A stretch of 32,828 bases of DNA from Macrostomum lignano (Eukaryota). Below are positions 10,956-22,313 of this stretch, piece after piece. Made by a program: the position numbers and the translations under genes. Location of the stretch: positions 1-32,828 of the forward strand of contig NIVC01003926.1 of the NCBI GenBank assembly GCA_002269645.1, written 5' to 3'. Position 1 is the first letter of the stretch, and every line of letters begins with the position of its first letter. The notes beneath the pieces are model-generated. The model saw nothing but the letters and a program-made list of their open reading frames with translations. It was not told where the DNA came from and did no database searches.

Positions 10956-12594
10956 GGATAGACTATTATTATTGAAATCCAATGATCAAAAGTGAGCTGC
11001 TGAAAACTAATAAAATGCCATCAAACAAAAGCCACAGCAACATTAAAACAGGCATGACGCAGAAACCCGGCTTCAATCTGTTGAGTTGCAAACCGAACAG
11101 ACTGCTGCCAGCCTCATGGTGCATTGAAAATGAGTGCCTCGGGGGGGGGGATTTGTTACTCCAGATTCTGGTTCAAGGCCGCCTTAGTCGGGCACGCATC
11201 CAGTGCAGACGCAGATGCGTCGCAGCTGCTGCCCCAGAAGAAGGTTAGATTGCGTGGATGGATTCAAACTGTCAACACGTGTTGACAACTCTAAGGCTAG
11301 GGGATTATGGACGTTGCGTGCAGTGCGAGAGACAGTCAGTGTGGTACGCCGGGAGAGAAATTCTTTTTTAACATCCTGCTGACGGGAGCGCACGAGTGCA
11401 ATGAAGAATTGTACAAAATGGATTTCTCTAGCTCGAGGCACCACACAGGTGCTACCGCGACAAGAATTCCATTAATTTCGACTTCTATAATCGATGCCTT
11501 AGTAAGGTTGTGACTTCGTGAAACTGGATATGTTCGCTGAGTTTCACGAGCACTAAACGACCAGGACGCGATTCAGGGAACCCATGAAGCACTTCAACTT
11601 GTGGTAAAGACGTCGCTATTGGGGTTGTTATTAACTTATCGCTTAACGCTCTTTTTTGTTAAACATTGGGTCAAACTTAAAATAAATAAACTAATAATTT
11701 ATCTTTGCACTGTATTTATGAAATGATAGAATTTTTCTATTCATCTTATGCGTTTAAAGGCACTTGTTTGAGTGTCTATTCAAACAAAGTATTACGTCAC
11801 AGCTCTGTAGTGCGATTTGATACGTAATCGAGGTGGGTAATATGGGTAATTAGGTAATTAATTTGCATTATTAAATATTTTCTCGCAATAAATAGTTATT
11901 TTAGGACAATATTGTTACAGAGAAATTCACTGGCAAGTACGGGTGTACGGGAATAATGACCACAAAGTAGAAAAAAGTCTGTTGAAGAACGCTATCTTTA
12001 AGTCATTGAATTTCCTAAACTACACTAATGAAATATTTTTTTTAAAGTTGGCCGGATCATTCAATTTTAAGCTACCATGAAGTCTCCCAAAACGTTTTAA
12101 CGTGTTATTTAGCTGTAGAAATGGGGATTATCTGAACAAACAAAGCCAAATTACAAAGCTGAGTAATTTTGCTTTGACATTTTTTAGATGTCTCTGTCTC
12201 ACTTCAGACAAAGTGAGACAGAGATAGAAAGCAGTGAATTTGTTTTAACTGACTTTTTAAACGTAAAGTTCTAACAGCTTTATTCGATCTTTGAAATATG
12301 GCTTATATTTAACCGGTTTCCATGGAGTCGATAAAGAGTTTATTCTTGTTGAAAACCATTTTGCAGTAGGCTAAAGTAATATTTATATAAAAAGTAAATA
12401 AACTAAATAATCGAATGTATTTTTTTTATTAGAGGCAGGGGGGGTTGTGTGCACCCTGGCGCACTTTAAGCGACATAAGCACACAACCGGCGAGAGGCAT
12501 TACTGCCCATTCCGCCGACTCCCCTGAGCAGGCATACAAGCGCGCGGATACGTACGCAGGCACACACTCACACAGGAGTGTACAGCGGCCCTAA

Positions 12595-12783
12595 CTTTAT
12601 ATCATCGTTAGGCATGTACACTTCACTGCGCCTTAGGGGGTTGGCTCTCAAGGCCGTTAATTGCACAAGCAGAGCCAAGCCGAGATTCCAATTCAGCCCC
12701 AAATTAATGTGACTGCACTTGGAATCGAGCCTGGGTCGCTGGCACACCAGAGCAGCTGCGCTACCGCTGGGCTACGGCCCCCC
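12595..12783 (-). mobile_element. tRNA-derived SINE-like element (second family)
   Basis: Minus strand reads GGGGCCGTAGCCCAGCGGTAGCGC...CCAGGCTCGATTCCAAG (A and B boxes) at 12711-12783. The acceptor stem does not pair, so it is not a functional tRNA. The unrelated body continues 3'; its end is approximate. Confidence 0.55.
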
Positions 12784-13559
12784 TTTATAATAATAATAAT
12801 CGAATGTAAGTTTTGTTCCGTATTTATATTTTCTCCATACAACAGACTTTTCTTGAGCCAGCATTTTCTAGGAAAACCGGTTCAATCATCCGCGACTGTT
12901 TAACTGTATTATTGTATATACTATTAAGATTAGATGGGAGAAATTTGGTGGCTGGACTGGAAGATTATTGCGTCGGGAAACGAGAAAAAAAGAGAAGGGA
13001 AACGTTGGGGTGGCTAAAGAATCCACTTTTATATTAGCTGAGGGTATATAGTGAGTGGCAGTAGGAGCCACTTCAATATATGCATATACTACGGGTATGC
13101 GCATAGCAAGAGGAAGTCCTTATATATATTCTACTATTTTTTCACTAGTTCGACCATCACTGTTTGATGCATGCCTGTGGGGAAAAATCAATAAAGATGC
13201 TCATCATTATTTATGGACGTCATTTTCTCCATGCACAGACTTCCTAGCTATTATTAGTGTGTCTGCCGGGCTGTCTGAATCATTCTGTATTGATTTGCAC
13301 TCTATCCACTCACGCAGTAAGACAGATCGCATTCATTAGTGGCCTACCTAAAACGGAATTTTCTGTTCTCAAAAAATCAATAATTTTTTACGATTGCACT
13401 CAAATTTTGAAATATTTCCATTGGAGTTCATTAGTTCATTGCAACTCTTAACTTTTGCCTATTAATCAGCTTTATCCAGGAATTTGACATTCTCTCTCAT
13501 TAACCTTCATATCTTCTTGAAGCCCGTGTGACCTTTCATTTTTTGCATGCCCTGAGCTC

Positions 13560-14010
13560 ATCTTACCCTGTCTCTTTCTCTACCTATCTCTCTCTCTCTC
13601 TCTCCCTCTGCTTCTCAGTCTCTCTCTCCCTCAGTCTTTCCCTCCCCGTCTCAGTCTCTCACTCTCCCTCTCATTCTCTCCCTCTCACTCTCTCACTGAG
13701 TCTCTTCCTCTCCCTCCTACCCACTCCATCTCAGTCTCTTCCTCTCCCTCCCACCCTCTCCATCTCAGTCCCTCCCTCTCCCTCCTACCCTCTCCATCTC
13801 AGTCTCTTCCTCTCCCTCCCACCCTCTCCCTGTCAGTCTCTTCCTCTCCCTCCCACCCTCTCCCTCTCAGTCTCTTCCTCTCCCTCTCAGTCTCTCCCTC
13901 TGCGTCTTACTCTATCCTTCTCCCTCTCAGTCTCTCCCTCTCCCTCTTAGTCTCTTCCTTTCTCTCCCCGTCTATCCCTCTCACTCTCTCTCTTTTCTAC
14001 TCTCCCCTCT
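13560..14010. repeat. Polypyrimidine (CT-rich) tract with CAGTCTCTTCCTCTCCCTC sub-repeats
   Basis: About 450 nt of mostly C/T on the + strand; explains the L/S/P-rich ORF 13528..13950. Confidence 0.95.
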
Positions 14011-14992
14011 TTTTGAACCCTTATTTTTACAAAGCAGCTTTCACCTCCCACCGTCACAAAATCTGTCAACAAAGTTTACAATTCACGCCTTCTTTCTTAT
14101 TTGCTTTAGCCACCCTGTAGAAAACGCGCCAGAGTCGCTCTCCTCGGTGCAAACAATTTTAATCTTCATTATGGCAACTAACACTTCTCATGCATGCGTG
14201 GAGCACAAGGGCCTGTTTGTATTAATGCTTGTATATATAACTAGATTTCAGTCTGTTGTAGGCTGTAAAACTGACAGTTCGTGTCTAAATGCCCTGTTTG
14301 AACTTGATATAGTTCAGCCTATACATGCTTTATTACTAATATTACAAGTAATGTGCTACTATAAAACAGTGGACCGAATCGACCGATCAACACGTTGTAC
14401 TTGTCTTGTAGAGCAGCCAACAAAAGCGGAAACGTGATGCAGAGAGGGCTCCCACAGCCAAGCTGGATGCATTGAATCAGTTCGCTTTTTTGTATTCTCA
14501 GCCTGCCAGCCCACCAGAGCCCCAGGAAACCAAACACACGATTGAAACTCTTTCGCTTATTGTCGACCAAGCAAACAGTTTCCAAGCTGCAGTACACGCA
14601 GATCTTCATTGCTGCATGTAAATCCAGTTGCAATTCATCCGTCTAAAGGAAATTTTTCTTAAGCAAACTATATCTGTCAGTGTGCTCAACTGGCTTGGCA
14701 AATTCGACTGGAATCTTGTTGTCTTCCTATCTTCTTCCTCTTTCTTTAGCATGTATGCTGACATCAAGTCTGGGCTTTTGTTAAGCTATAGCTTTCCTCC
14801 CGGATGAGATGCTGTCGAAATTGGTTTGGAAATGAAATTAGAAATTTATCGTCAAAGAAGATTGCCTAGCTGCTGCGTCAACGGTTGTAAAAGGTGCTTT
14901 ATGAAATCGAATAATTGAATGCTTTGTGATGATGGGCACTTCTGAATTTGGCTGCCGCATATATAGTTCGACTGTTAGGCATTACATTGTGT

Positions 14993-15140
14993 TGGGGGTG
15001 CTCGGGTTTCCATTTTTTCCGGGTTCGGGGGTTCCGGGTTCACCCCAAACCCGAAACACTGATCCCCGAACCCCGACCCGACCTGGACCCTGTACCCCGA
15101 ACCCAAAACCCGACTCGACCCCAAACCCCGAACACCCCTA
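14993..15140. mobile_element. 148-bp hAT-like MITE candidate
   Basis: Left end TGGGGGTGCTCGGGTTT is an imperfect inverted repeat of right end AAACCCCGAACACCCCTA (TAGGGGTG-type end). The 8-mer CATTGTGT flanks both sides (14985-14992 and 15143-15150). Interior has GGGTT/AACCC sub-repeats. Confidence 0.55.
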
Positions 15141-15160
15141 TTCATTGTGTACACGCTTAC

Positions 15161-15266
15161 CAAGCCATAAGAATATGGCAAACATGTGCTCGTTGATGTA
15201 CATCGGTTCCGGTACGTCGAGCTTGTTCACCGCGGCGTGGATGGGTTTGTACAGAGCTCCCACCAG
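15161..15266 (-). CDS. HTR7: 5-HT7-like serotonin receptor, exon 2 (ECL3 and start of TM7); absent from the ORF track
   Basis: Acceptor CCTCCATTTCAG|CTG, donor CTTG|GTAAG. 106 nt, phase 0 to phase 1, encoding LVGALYKPIHAAVNKLDVPEPMYINEHMFAIFLWL-G. Joins exons 1 and 3 in frame to rebuild FLWLGYVNS. Confidence 0.93.
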
Positions 15267-16234
15267 CTGAAATGGAGGAATGAATGCTGCTGATTTACGT
15301 AAAAATTACAGTGCGAATAAAGCTTCCTAACCACTTGAGTTCATTTAAAATTGGCACCTTAGCATCTCAGCGAGTGATGTGCTTACACGTAAGTCGCTAT
15401 TGGTGTCAGAGGGATGTCAGAAACATCAAGTTTATTGTCAGGCATCACAAAGTCTGACAAATTTGGTACTATTGGTACAGTTCCCAGTCTGTGTAGAGCT
15501 ACATTCGATAATTTTGTAAAATATTTGCAGCTTGCAATGCTGAACTCGCTGTCAACCAGTTCGAGTGACTGTATGCACAGCATCCATATATGCCAGACAA
15601 TGATTGTTGGACACAAACGAGTATTTTCTGTAATTTTGTCCAAACACACCCAATAGTTGCCAGGCCACCCAGCAGTTACAAGCGTTGCGCTTTGACTCTT
15701 GGTGCTAAATTTAGCCTGAACAGCCAAAATGTATGTATATATATACATATATATATATATACATATTATATACAATACATTGCCTATATGTGCAGATAGA
15801 TGGATTGGGTGGGAGGGTCGTGCAGTGTGGCTTGTTTGGGTAAACTCTCTCTCTCTCTCGTTCAAGCCTAGAGGGGGCATAGACATGATGTGGATGGAGA
15901 CAGAGCGGGGCTTGGCATGAGAGAGAAATTAGTGGAAAGAAGCACATAAAGGGGAAGGCAGTGCAAAAGTTAACTGTACATTTAGCAACCTGTTAGTGTG
16001 TTTTTAGCCTTGCATAAATGCCAACACAATTGTTGAGGCAAGATTTCTGTTGACACCAACGTAGCTATTAGAGTTGACGTTGATTTTTATGCTTCAAAAT
16101 GATTGATTTATGAGGTCAAACCGGTGCAATTTAGGTTCAAACAGTAAAGTTTATTTATTATTGAAACTCATCTTTCCAATCTCACAATCAGACTGACAGA
16201 CAACTTGACCAGTATAGCCCGACCCCAGCCTCAC

Positions 16235-17221
16235 CTGCATGATGAAGAACGGCAACCAGCAGAGCGTAAAACAGCCCATAATCACTCCAAGAGTTTTGAT
16301 CGCCTTGGTGTCGCTACTGCTTTTCTTTTTGGCAGCGACTGCGGAATTTGCGCCACCGCTCCGACTGGTGCCGCCGCTCTGCACCGAAGGTCGCGCGCCG
16401 CCAGCGCCGCCATTGTTGTTAGGCGCCAACTGTTCGTCAATTAAATTCTTGTCCTCCTGGCGTAGGTGTACCACTTTCTGCTTCTCGTCGGCTTTGGCCA
16501 TTTTTCTGGCAAGCTTAAATATATTACCGTAGAGAACTAGCATGATGATCAGGGGCAGGTAGAAAGCGACAAACACGGCGTAGACTTGATACTCCGTGTT
16601 CGTTGGATAGCCGCAATGACCCTCGCTGAATTTGTTTTTCCAACTGGAGAATAGAGGCGGTATGCTGATGCAGGCGCTCAGCAGCCAAACTGCCGCGATC
16701 ATTAATCCCATTCGAACTGGAGTTCGTTTGACGGCGTACTCAAACGGCTTGGTTATGACTAGGTAACGGTCGATGGATATAGCGCACAGGTTCAGTATGC
16801 TGCTAGTGCACAATAGCACGTCGCATGAAGTCCAAAAATTGCAAATCTCCTCTGGGAAAGGAAAGTAGTTCATCAGCTGGTAGATGATGGCAAACGGTAG
16901 TACTAATAGACCGACTAGCAGATCACTGCATGCCAAGCTAACAATCAGCAGATTAGATGGATTCTGCAGCTTTTTGACCAGCGCAACGGCCATCACTACC
17001 AGCACGTTACCGAAGAAGGTGCCGCAAGCAATTATTGACAGGATGAAGCCAAGCAGAACTTTGCTGCCAAGATTGTAATTACAGGAGGGCAACAAATCGA
17101 TGCATTGCTGACTCATATTACCCAAACTGATTGCCTCTTGCTTGAATAGCGTTATCTCAAAGCTAGTGCAATTGCAGGGCACATTCGGCGGCAGCTTTTC
17201 CCAATCTAGCGGCGCCGACAT
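16235..17221 (-). CDS. HTR7: 5-HT7-like serotonin receptor (class A aminergic GPCR), exon 1 (N-terminus to TM6); full protein 455 aa
   Basis: TM1 GN, TM2 SLACSD, TM3 CDVLLCTSSILNLCAISIDRY (D3.32), ICL2 ITKPFEYAVKRTP typical of invertebrate 5-HT7, TM5 FYLP, TM6 CWLPFF. Donor CAG|GTGAG at 16235/16234. The subtype call rests on motif recognition, not a phylogeny. Confidence 0.93.
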
Positions 17222-19685
17222 GGTTGCTAATCCAAAATCTTAGATTGAAGCGCTCGAGCTGAGTCTCCTCCCGAGCGAAGCCGATGTTTTATTGATGAAT
17301 AGATGCCAAGCTTAGAGTAGGATGAAGCAGACCAGAGGCTGATGTATGTATTTATATAACTATTTCTTTCTGCTTCGCGCTCCACCCAGAGCATGTGCAG
17401 TACGCCTCGTTTTAGCTTTGGAACAGCTTTTATTATGAGACCTATGGGGTCAACCGAGTGAATAACCTTTCCTCTACTCTATCTCCTGTCTCCTATTTTT
17501 GCGTTTCTTTCTTCTCTTTTTTCTCTATCTCTTTTACTCTCTTCTTTTCGCTAATCAGGGCGGACTGAGGAGGGTGAGGCGGGTTGGAGGTGGGTAGGGT
17601 CGACGAGATGAACAACACAACACGCCAGACACGCTCCGGCCAGTGAGGGGTTGGGTCACCGCTTGCATACTTGCATACACTGAAACGACAGGGTGTGGGT
17701 GGGTCGGGGTTGGCGCTGGCGGAAGGGAGGGGTTGGGGTTGGAAGACCGCCTCCTTCCAGTCGGTAGTTGTTCCCTTATCCGTTCCTGCCCATAGGCCCC
17801 CGGGGCGGGGTGAGGGGAGGTTCAATTTGGAGAGTGTAAGAGTGTGTGCGGGGGTGCACGGAAGGCGGCAGGGGTGGACGTCAGCCCCAACCCGCGGCCA
17901 TTCCAGTCCAGGGCCGCAGGCCCATTTACCCCTCCCATCTAGCAAGGGCCAAGGCCAGTCCCCCCGCGGTGTGAAAAGATTTCAGACCCGTCATAGGGAG
18001 CACGGCCGACCCGACAGAATTGAACGGTTTCCCCTCCCATCGCTCCGCATCACTCTCCCTTCCCTTGCTCTCAGTTGGAATTCAAGCCTTAAAGTTCGTC
18101 CTTATTCATCTAGCAAAGTAATCTCTTCTCTTCCATCTATCTAATGTACTAAGTTCTAGTCTCATTCTGTCTTTACTGTAGCAATAGCAATAATATATCA
18201 TCAAAACAATTTTATAATGCAATTATGAAATATTGGGCTCAAGGCTGTGATGGATTTAGTCTGGTCAGTGGACTTTTATTCCCCCCCTTGGGGTTGTCTA
18301 CCAAATGAACGCCTCTTCCCTGGAATCACGGGATAAAACCCCGAACTTTATTAGAGTGAATGCGTGCTAAAAGCTTGTTTTGATCCGAGATGTAGTAAAA
18401 GCAAAAATATTTTCGAGTTATTTATTTAATCTTTGATGACGTGACGTTTTTCAATAGCCAATTTTTGCAGCAATATTCGTGTCGTGAAAATTATCTTCGC
18501 TTTTGTTTAAAAAATTTAAATTGCCTGTCTCTGCACCAGTCTGTTCTGTGTGACGCAAATTGTTATGGATTTTTTATTTTGGACTTGATCATCATACTTC
18601 AATTGAATAATATTTATCTATATAGTAAAATTTATTCAACAGAGGCACGTTGAGGGAACTACTTGGCGGTAATACCATGGTATGGTAACCCATACATAGT
18701 TGAAGAAGAACGAGGCGCCGCGCAAAGCACAGCTTTTTAATCAGTTGTTGGCAAAATAACCGTCTCGAACACCTAACAGGTTCCTTGTTTAGAATTTTCT
18801 TATCACCTTCAGATTATCAGCGGTGATTTGCTAAAGCTATAAATAAAATTGTGTTTAAATGTATTCGCTGATTTAAATTACCATGCAATACAGAATACAT
18901 GTAACTCTATCCAATAGTAACACAGATTGGTATGTTAGCTTAAGTTAGCGGTATAATTGCATGGGAGGCATGCAGCGCTAAGGTACTATAAAAAATCCTA
19001 ATGCGCGTACCCTATACATAACATTTTTATTTGGGTAAAAGCAATAAATTTTCTATAAATTCCCTTCAAGACTGAAAGAACCCAACACTCGTAATGCTAC
19101 TATATAACAAATTCCGTTGTTATAGAGGTCATGATAAATGTTAACATTCTATTATTCTGCAGCTTTCCAAATTTCTGCTAATGCAAGCAGAAATTATAAT
19201 TAATTATTGTGTACTTAACTGACCTCTCGTTCTTTGAAGTTCTGCGAAATGTTAGACAACCATGCATACCATCCACCCAACTTCTAAGCGTACACGTACA
19301 ACATTAGTTTCCTGACCCCGTTTCTATGGAGGCTAACTGCATTCTGTATATATCTGAATGTACATGTATATATCTAAATGTATGTACATGTATGTATGCA
19401 TATTTTTTAAAATTTTTTGTTAAAAAACTATTTTTCAGCGAGTTTATCGACTCGGTACGTACCGGTGCGTAATGTTTGCATCCGATTCTTTTAATACAGG
19501 CTATGTTGAAATTTCCGTGAAAAAATTATCTTTCTTTATTGTCGTTTAATTTCCCAGTCTTCAGTGATCCGAGTTTCACGCCGATTTTACTACTTAATAG
19601 TAGCAAAAAGCGATTCCTACACTTCCATGTTTACTATCATGTTCAAATTCATGTTTAGTTTCAGCGTATATGTGTTACATTAGAG

Positions 19686-19939
19686 CCGGGTTGGCAGAAT
19701 CCGGCCCGCAAAGCCTCTCTATCCGGCCCTCGAGTCCTTTGAAACTCTCCTCTCTTTAATCTCCTCTCTTATTTTTCTCTAATCTTTCCTCTCCCTCTCC
19801 TCTCTTCTCTCTTCTCTCATATCTATTCTCTCCTCTCCTCTCCTATACCTTCTCCTCTCTCCTCTCTCTTCTCTCTTCTCTATTCCCTATCCTCTCTCCC
19901 CTTCTCTGGCCCATGAGGTAAAAAGTTTGCCGACTTCTG
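19686..19939. mobile_element. hAT (Charlie-like) MITE with internal CT-rich microsatellite
   Basis: Left end CCGGGTTGGCAGAATCCGGCCCGC. Right end AAAAGTTTGCCGACTTCTG (revcomp CAGAAGTCGGCAAACTTTT) resembles Charlie-type termini. 8-bp flanks CATTAGAG and TATTAGAT share 6/8 bases with central TA. Interior 19745-19905 is CT-rich. Confidence 0.55.
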
Positions 19940-21127
19940 TATTAGATATAAGAGGCTTTGTCATTAAGTGTACAGATACGAAGGTCGTCCCTGAAGTTCC
20001 AGCAATTGTATGATTTTGGGACATGGAAAACTTGCAAAATCTTTCCACTTGGAGGACAATATAGACAGAGACACCCTGTACCCCGGTGCGTTCTTACTTC
20101 TCTATTACTAGAAAGGAAATGAGAGGAAAGAAGAGAGAAGAGCTGAAAGAGGAGATAAGAGATGAGATGAGGGGGGCGGCGGCTCAGCGTTACTGACGAA
20201 AATATTCAAGCGCAGGCTTTTACAAAGCAATGTTTAACAAATGAACCGAATGCTGTGAACAACGCACAGCTAATCTTAACATGGGGTCGTTAGGCATATG
20301 AGCGCTAGGTCATTTAAAATTCGAAGACTGTTTCGTTTTCAAATTGTTTGCGAAGTCGCCGTCTGTACGCAGGTAGTATATAGTAACATGCAGATTTTGT
20401 AGGTCTGGGCTGCACCCTGACGTGGCTATTTCTCTGTTATTGTGGCTTGTGGGCGTTGCGGATGTATATTAATATTTTTCCACTGAGGACGATATAAATA
20501 CATGCACAGTGTGTTAGCTAGTCTCATATTCATGCAGCTGCATGAACTTCTGGCGGCGAAGTAGTGGAGGGAGGCGACCAATGACTTCAGTATAGTGATG
20601 TCGTTCAGGGGGCCCGTCGGTAGTAGCGTGGTCCTCTTCACTAGCTTTGGGGGAGGAAGAAATCATCTCGTCCCGTATCCCAAAGATAAACATCGGAGAG
20701 AACCCGGGTTTGGCCCAAGGTGAGTGAGCCGACCCTGGTGAAGATCGGGATAGTGGCAGATTGAATGTTGCTTGGAGCTAAAAAGTTAAAGTGAAGTTAA
20801 AGTACTGTTTTAATATGCAATCTGCAGTTTAGATAATAGGATTTATATAATTTTTGCGTAAGACATTGCCTTCACAAAAATTGCAGCACATTTTTACAAA
20901 TGTACAATGTTCGCCAAGTATCAAAATTACAAATAGCTGTATAAAGATACGAAATATTGAATTTTAATCTACACGAGCCAAGCTAAGTGTAGTAATAACG
21001 AACTCTTTGTTAGAATCGGCTTGTCCGCGCGAATTCAAATTGCACCGTTGCGAATTGTTCAGTTGCTGCTGTATTGCATTTTTAATTGCAAACTATTTAA
21101 AAGCAACATACATTGAACTTTTGTTAG

Positions 21128-21298
21128 TCAATAAAGAAACACAAAAACCAGAATTTAAATATGGAGTATGAAGATTCACAGCAGTTTGCAGAAATTTTCG
21201 GCTATAACGGCACCCTGAACAGCAGCGTTGTTGCAGATTTTCTCTCAAGTCTCAGAATGGACAGCAACTTTGCGCATCAGCTCAAAAGTCAAGGCAGG
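21128..21298 (+). CDS. SLC39A8/SLC39A14: LIV-1 ZIP transporter, first recognisable exon (extracellular domain); start uncertain (acceptors before 21128 or 21152, or ATG at 21161)
   Basis: MEYEDSQQFAEIFGYNGTLNSSVVADFLSSLR resembles the LIV-1 ectodomain pattern (F..YG.N.SL...F..LL). Donor AGG|GTAAG at phase 0. No signal-peptide exon was identified. Confidence 0.55.
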
Positions 21299-21399
21299 GT
21301 AAGGATTACTATTACTTAAGTACATACCGGATGCATGGGCTACAATAACTACACTAAATTTCAATAGTACATCGTGTCCTCACCGCAATATTATTACAG

Positions 21400-21601
21400 T
21401 GTCCAAGTCACAACTTTAGCTCGGAAGTCTGGTACGATGGCGGTCGAAGACAGGCGGATCTGATGAAGGCCATCTGGGAGACGGTGCAAACCCCGGCCTG
21501 TTATGCGAGGGAGGGCGGTCTGGCGGCCTCGCTAACTGGTTCAACCTTACGAGACACTGATGCCGCAGTGGAAAGCACTGGAGGCAATACCTCCGTTCAA
21601 G
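21400..21601 (+). CDS. SLC39A8/SLC39A14: ZIP transporter ectodomain exon
   Basis: Acceptor TATTACAG|TGT, donor CAAG|GTGCG. Encodes CPSHNFSSEVWYDGGRRQADLMKAIWETVQTPACYAR... The phase 0 to 1 structure matches both neighbours. Confidence 0.65.
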
Positions 21602-22313
21602 GTGCGTTTATTTTGCTTTTTCGATTTTCTTTTTTGAAATTACTTGATCATGGTGGCTAAAACCCCATTTGATGGAAAGCCTCCGGTGGAACATCTTTCA
21701 GGATTAGCATAATCATATTAACTACAATAACAGTTGAGCATAGCAATTTGTGTCCTTTGCTTTTCGTTATTAAAATTTTGTTAGCAGCAAAAGGGATTCC
21801 CATTACAGGATTCAAAAGGTGCTAACCAAACCCGATGCGACTTAACTTTTGTGATCGAGAACTGTTTCCTCTGCTGCTTTGAAAGATGGATAGATTTAAA
21901 AGTCCATATTGATATTAGCTCGTACTTCTACTGATATTTATACCATGAAATTTGTGTTAAATCTTTGCAAAAAATGGATAAACGTAAAGCTCCACTGTTA
22001 ATTTGTTGTTCTCGAAGGCTCACGAAATGTAGCTTCTATTAAAATAGTAATTTAATAATGAAGTTATATTAACAAATCTGTGGAAAAATGGAGTAACATA
22101 TGTGACAGAAAATAATTTAACTTTGTAATTAAGTATCGTTTTCTCTGTTCGAAAGAGTATAGAAAGTATTGACGTAACCGCCTTACGAGTCAAAGCAACA
22201 TGAAGTTCTTGAAAGTCAACTCCAGGCTTTAATTAGACCATAAATACGTTGTGCGCTTTAGCTTTCACAGATACTTTCACACCTTTCTAACTCCAAACCG
22301 AACCTCCTGACAG

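Noticed and set aside
10614-13950. L/S/P- and G/E/R-rich ORFs (10386..10787, 10614..10982, 13528..13950)
   Set aside because: Translations of GA/CT low-complexity tracts.
14319-14642. Minus-strand ORF with an acceptor-like start as the receptor's missing middle exon
   Set aside because: No phase-1 donor or WLG motif; 15161-15266 fits exactly. It may be a TE relic, but I cannot assign it.
16151-16234. 356-aa single-exon, six-TM receptor as given by the ORF track
   Set aside because: This is read-through of a consensus donor (CAG|GTGAG); downstream exons supply TM7. The same applies to the ORF-track ends of ZIP 26847..27488 and slo-2 31069..31362.
21040-21127. Hydrophobic stretch (FSCCCIAFLIANYLKA) as the ZIP signal peptide
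   Set aside because: It is out of frame with the downstream exon, has no in-frame ATG and no suitable donor.
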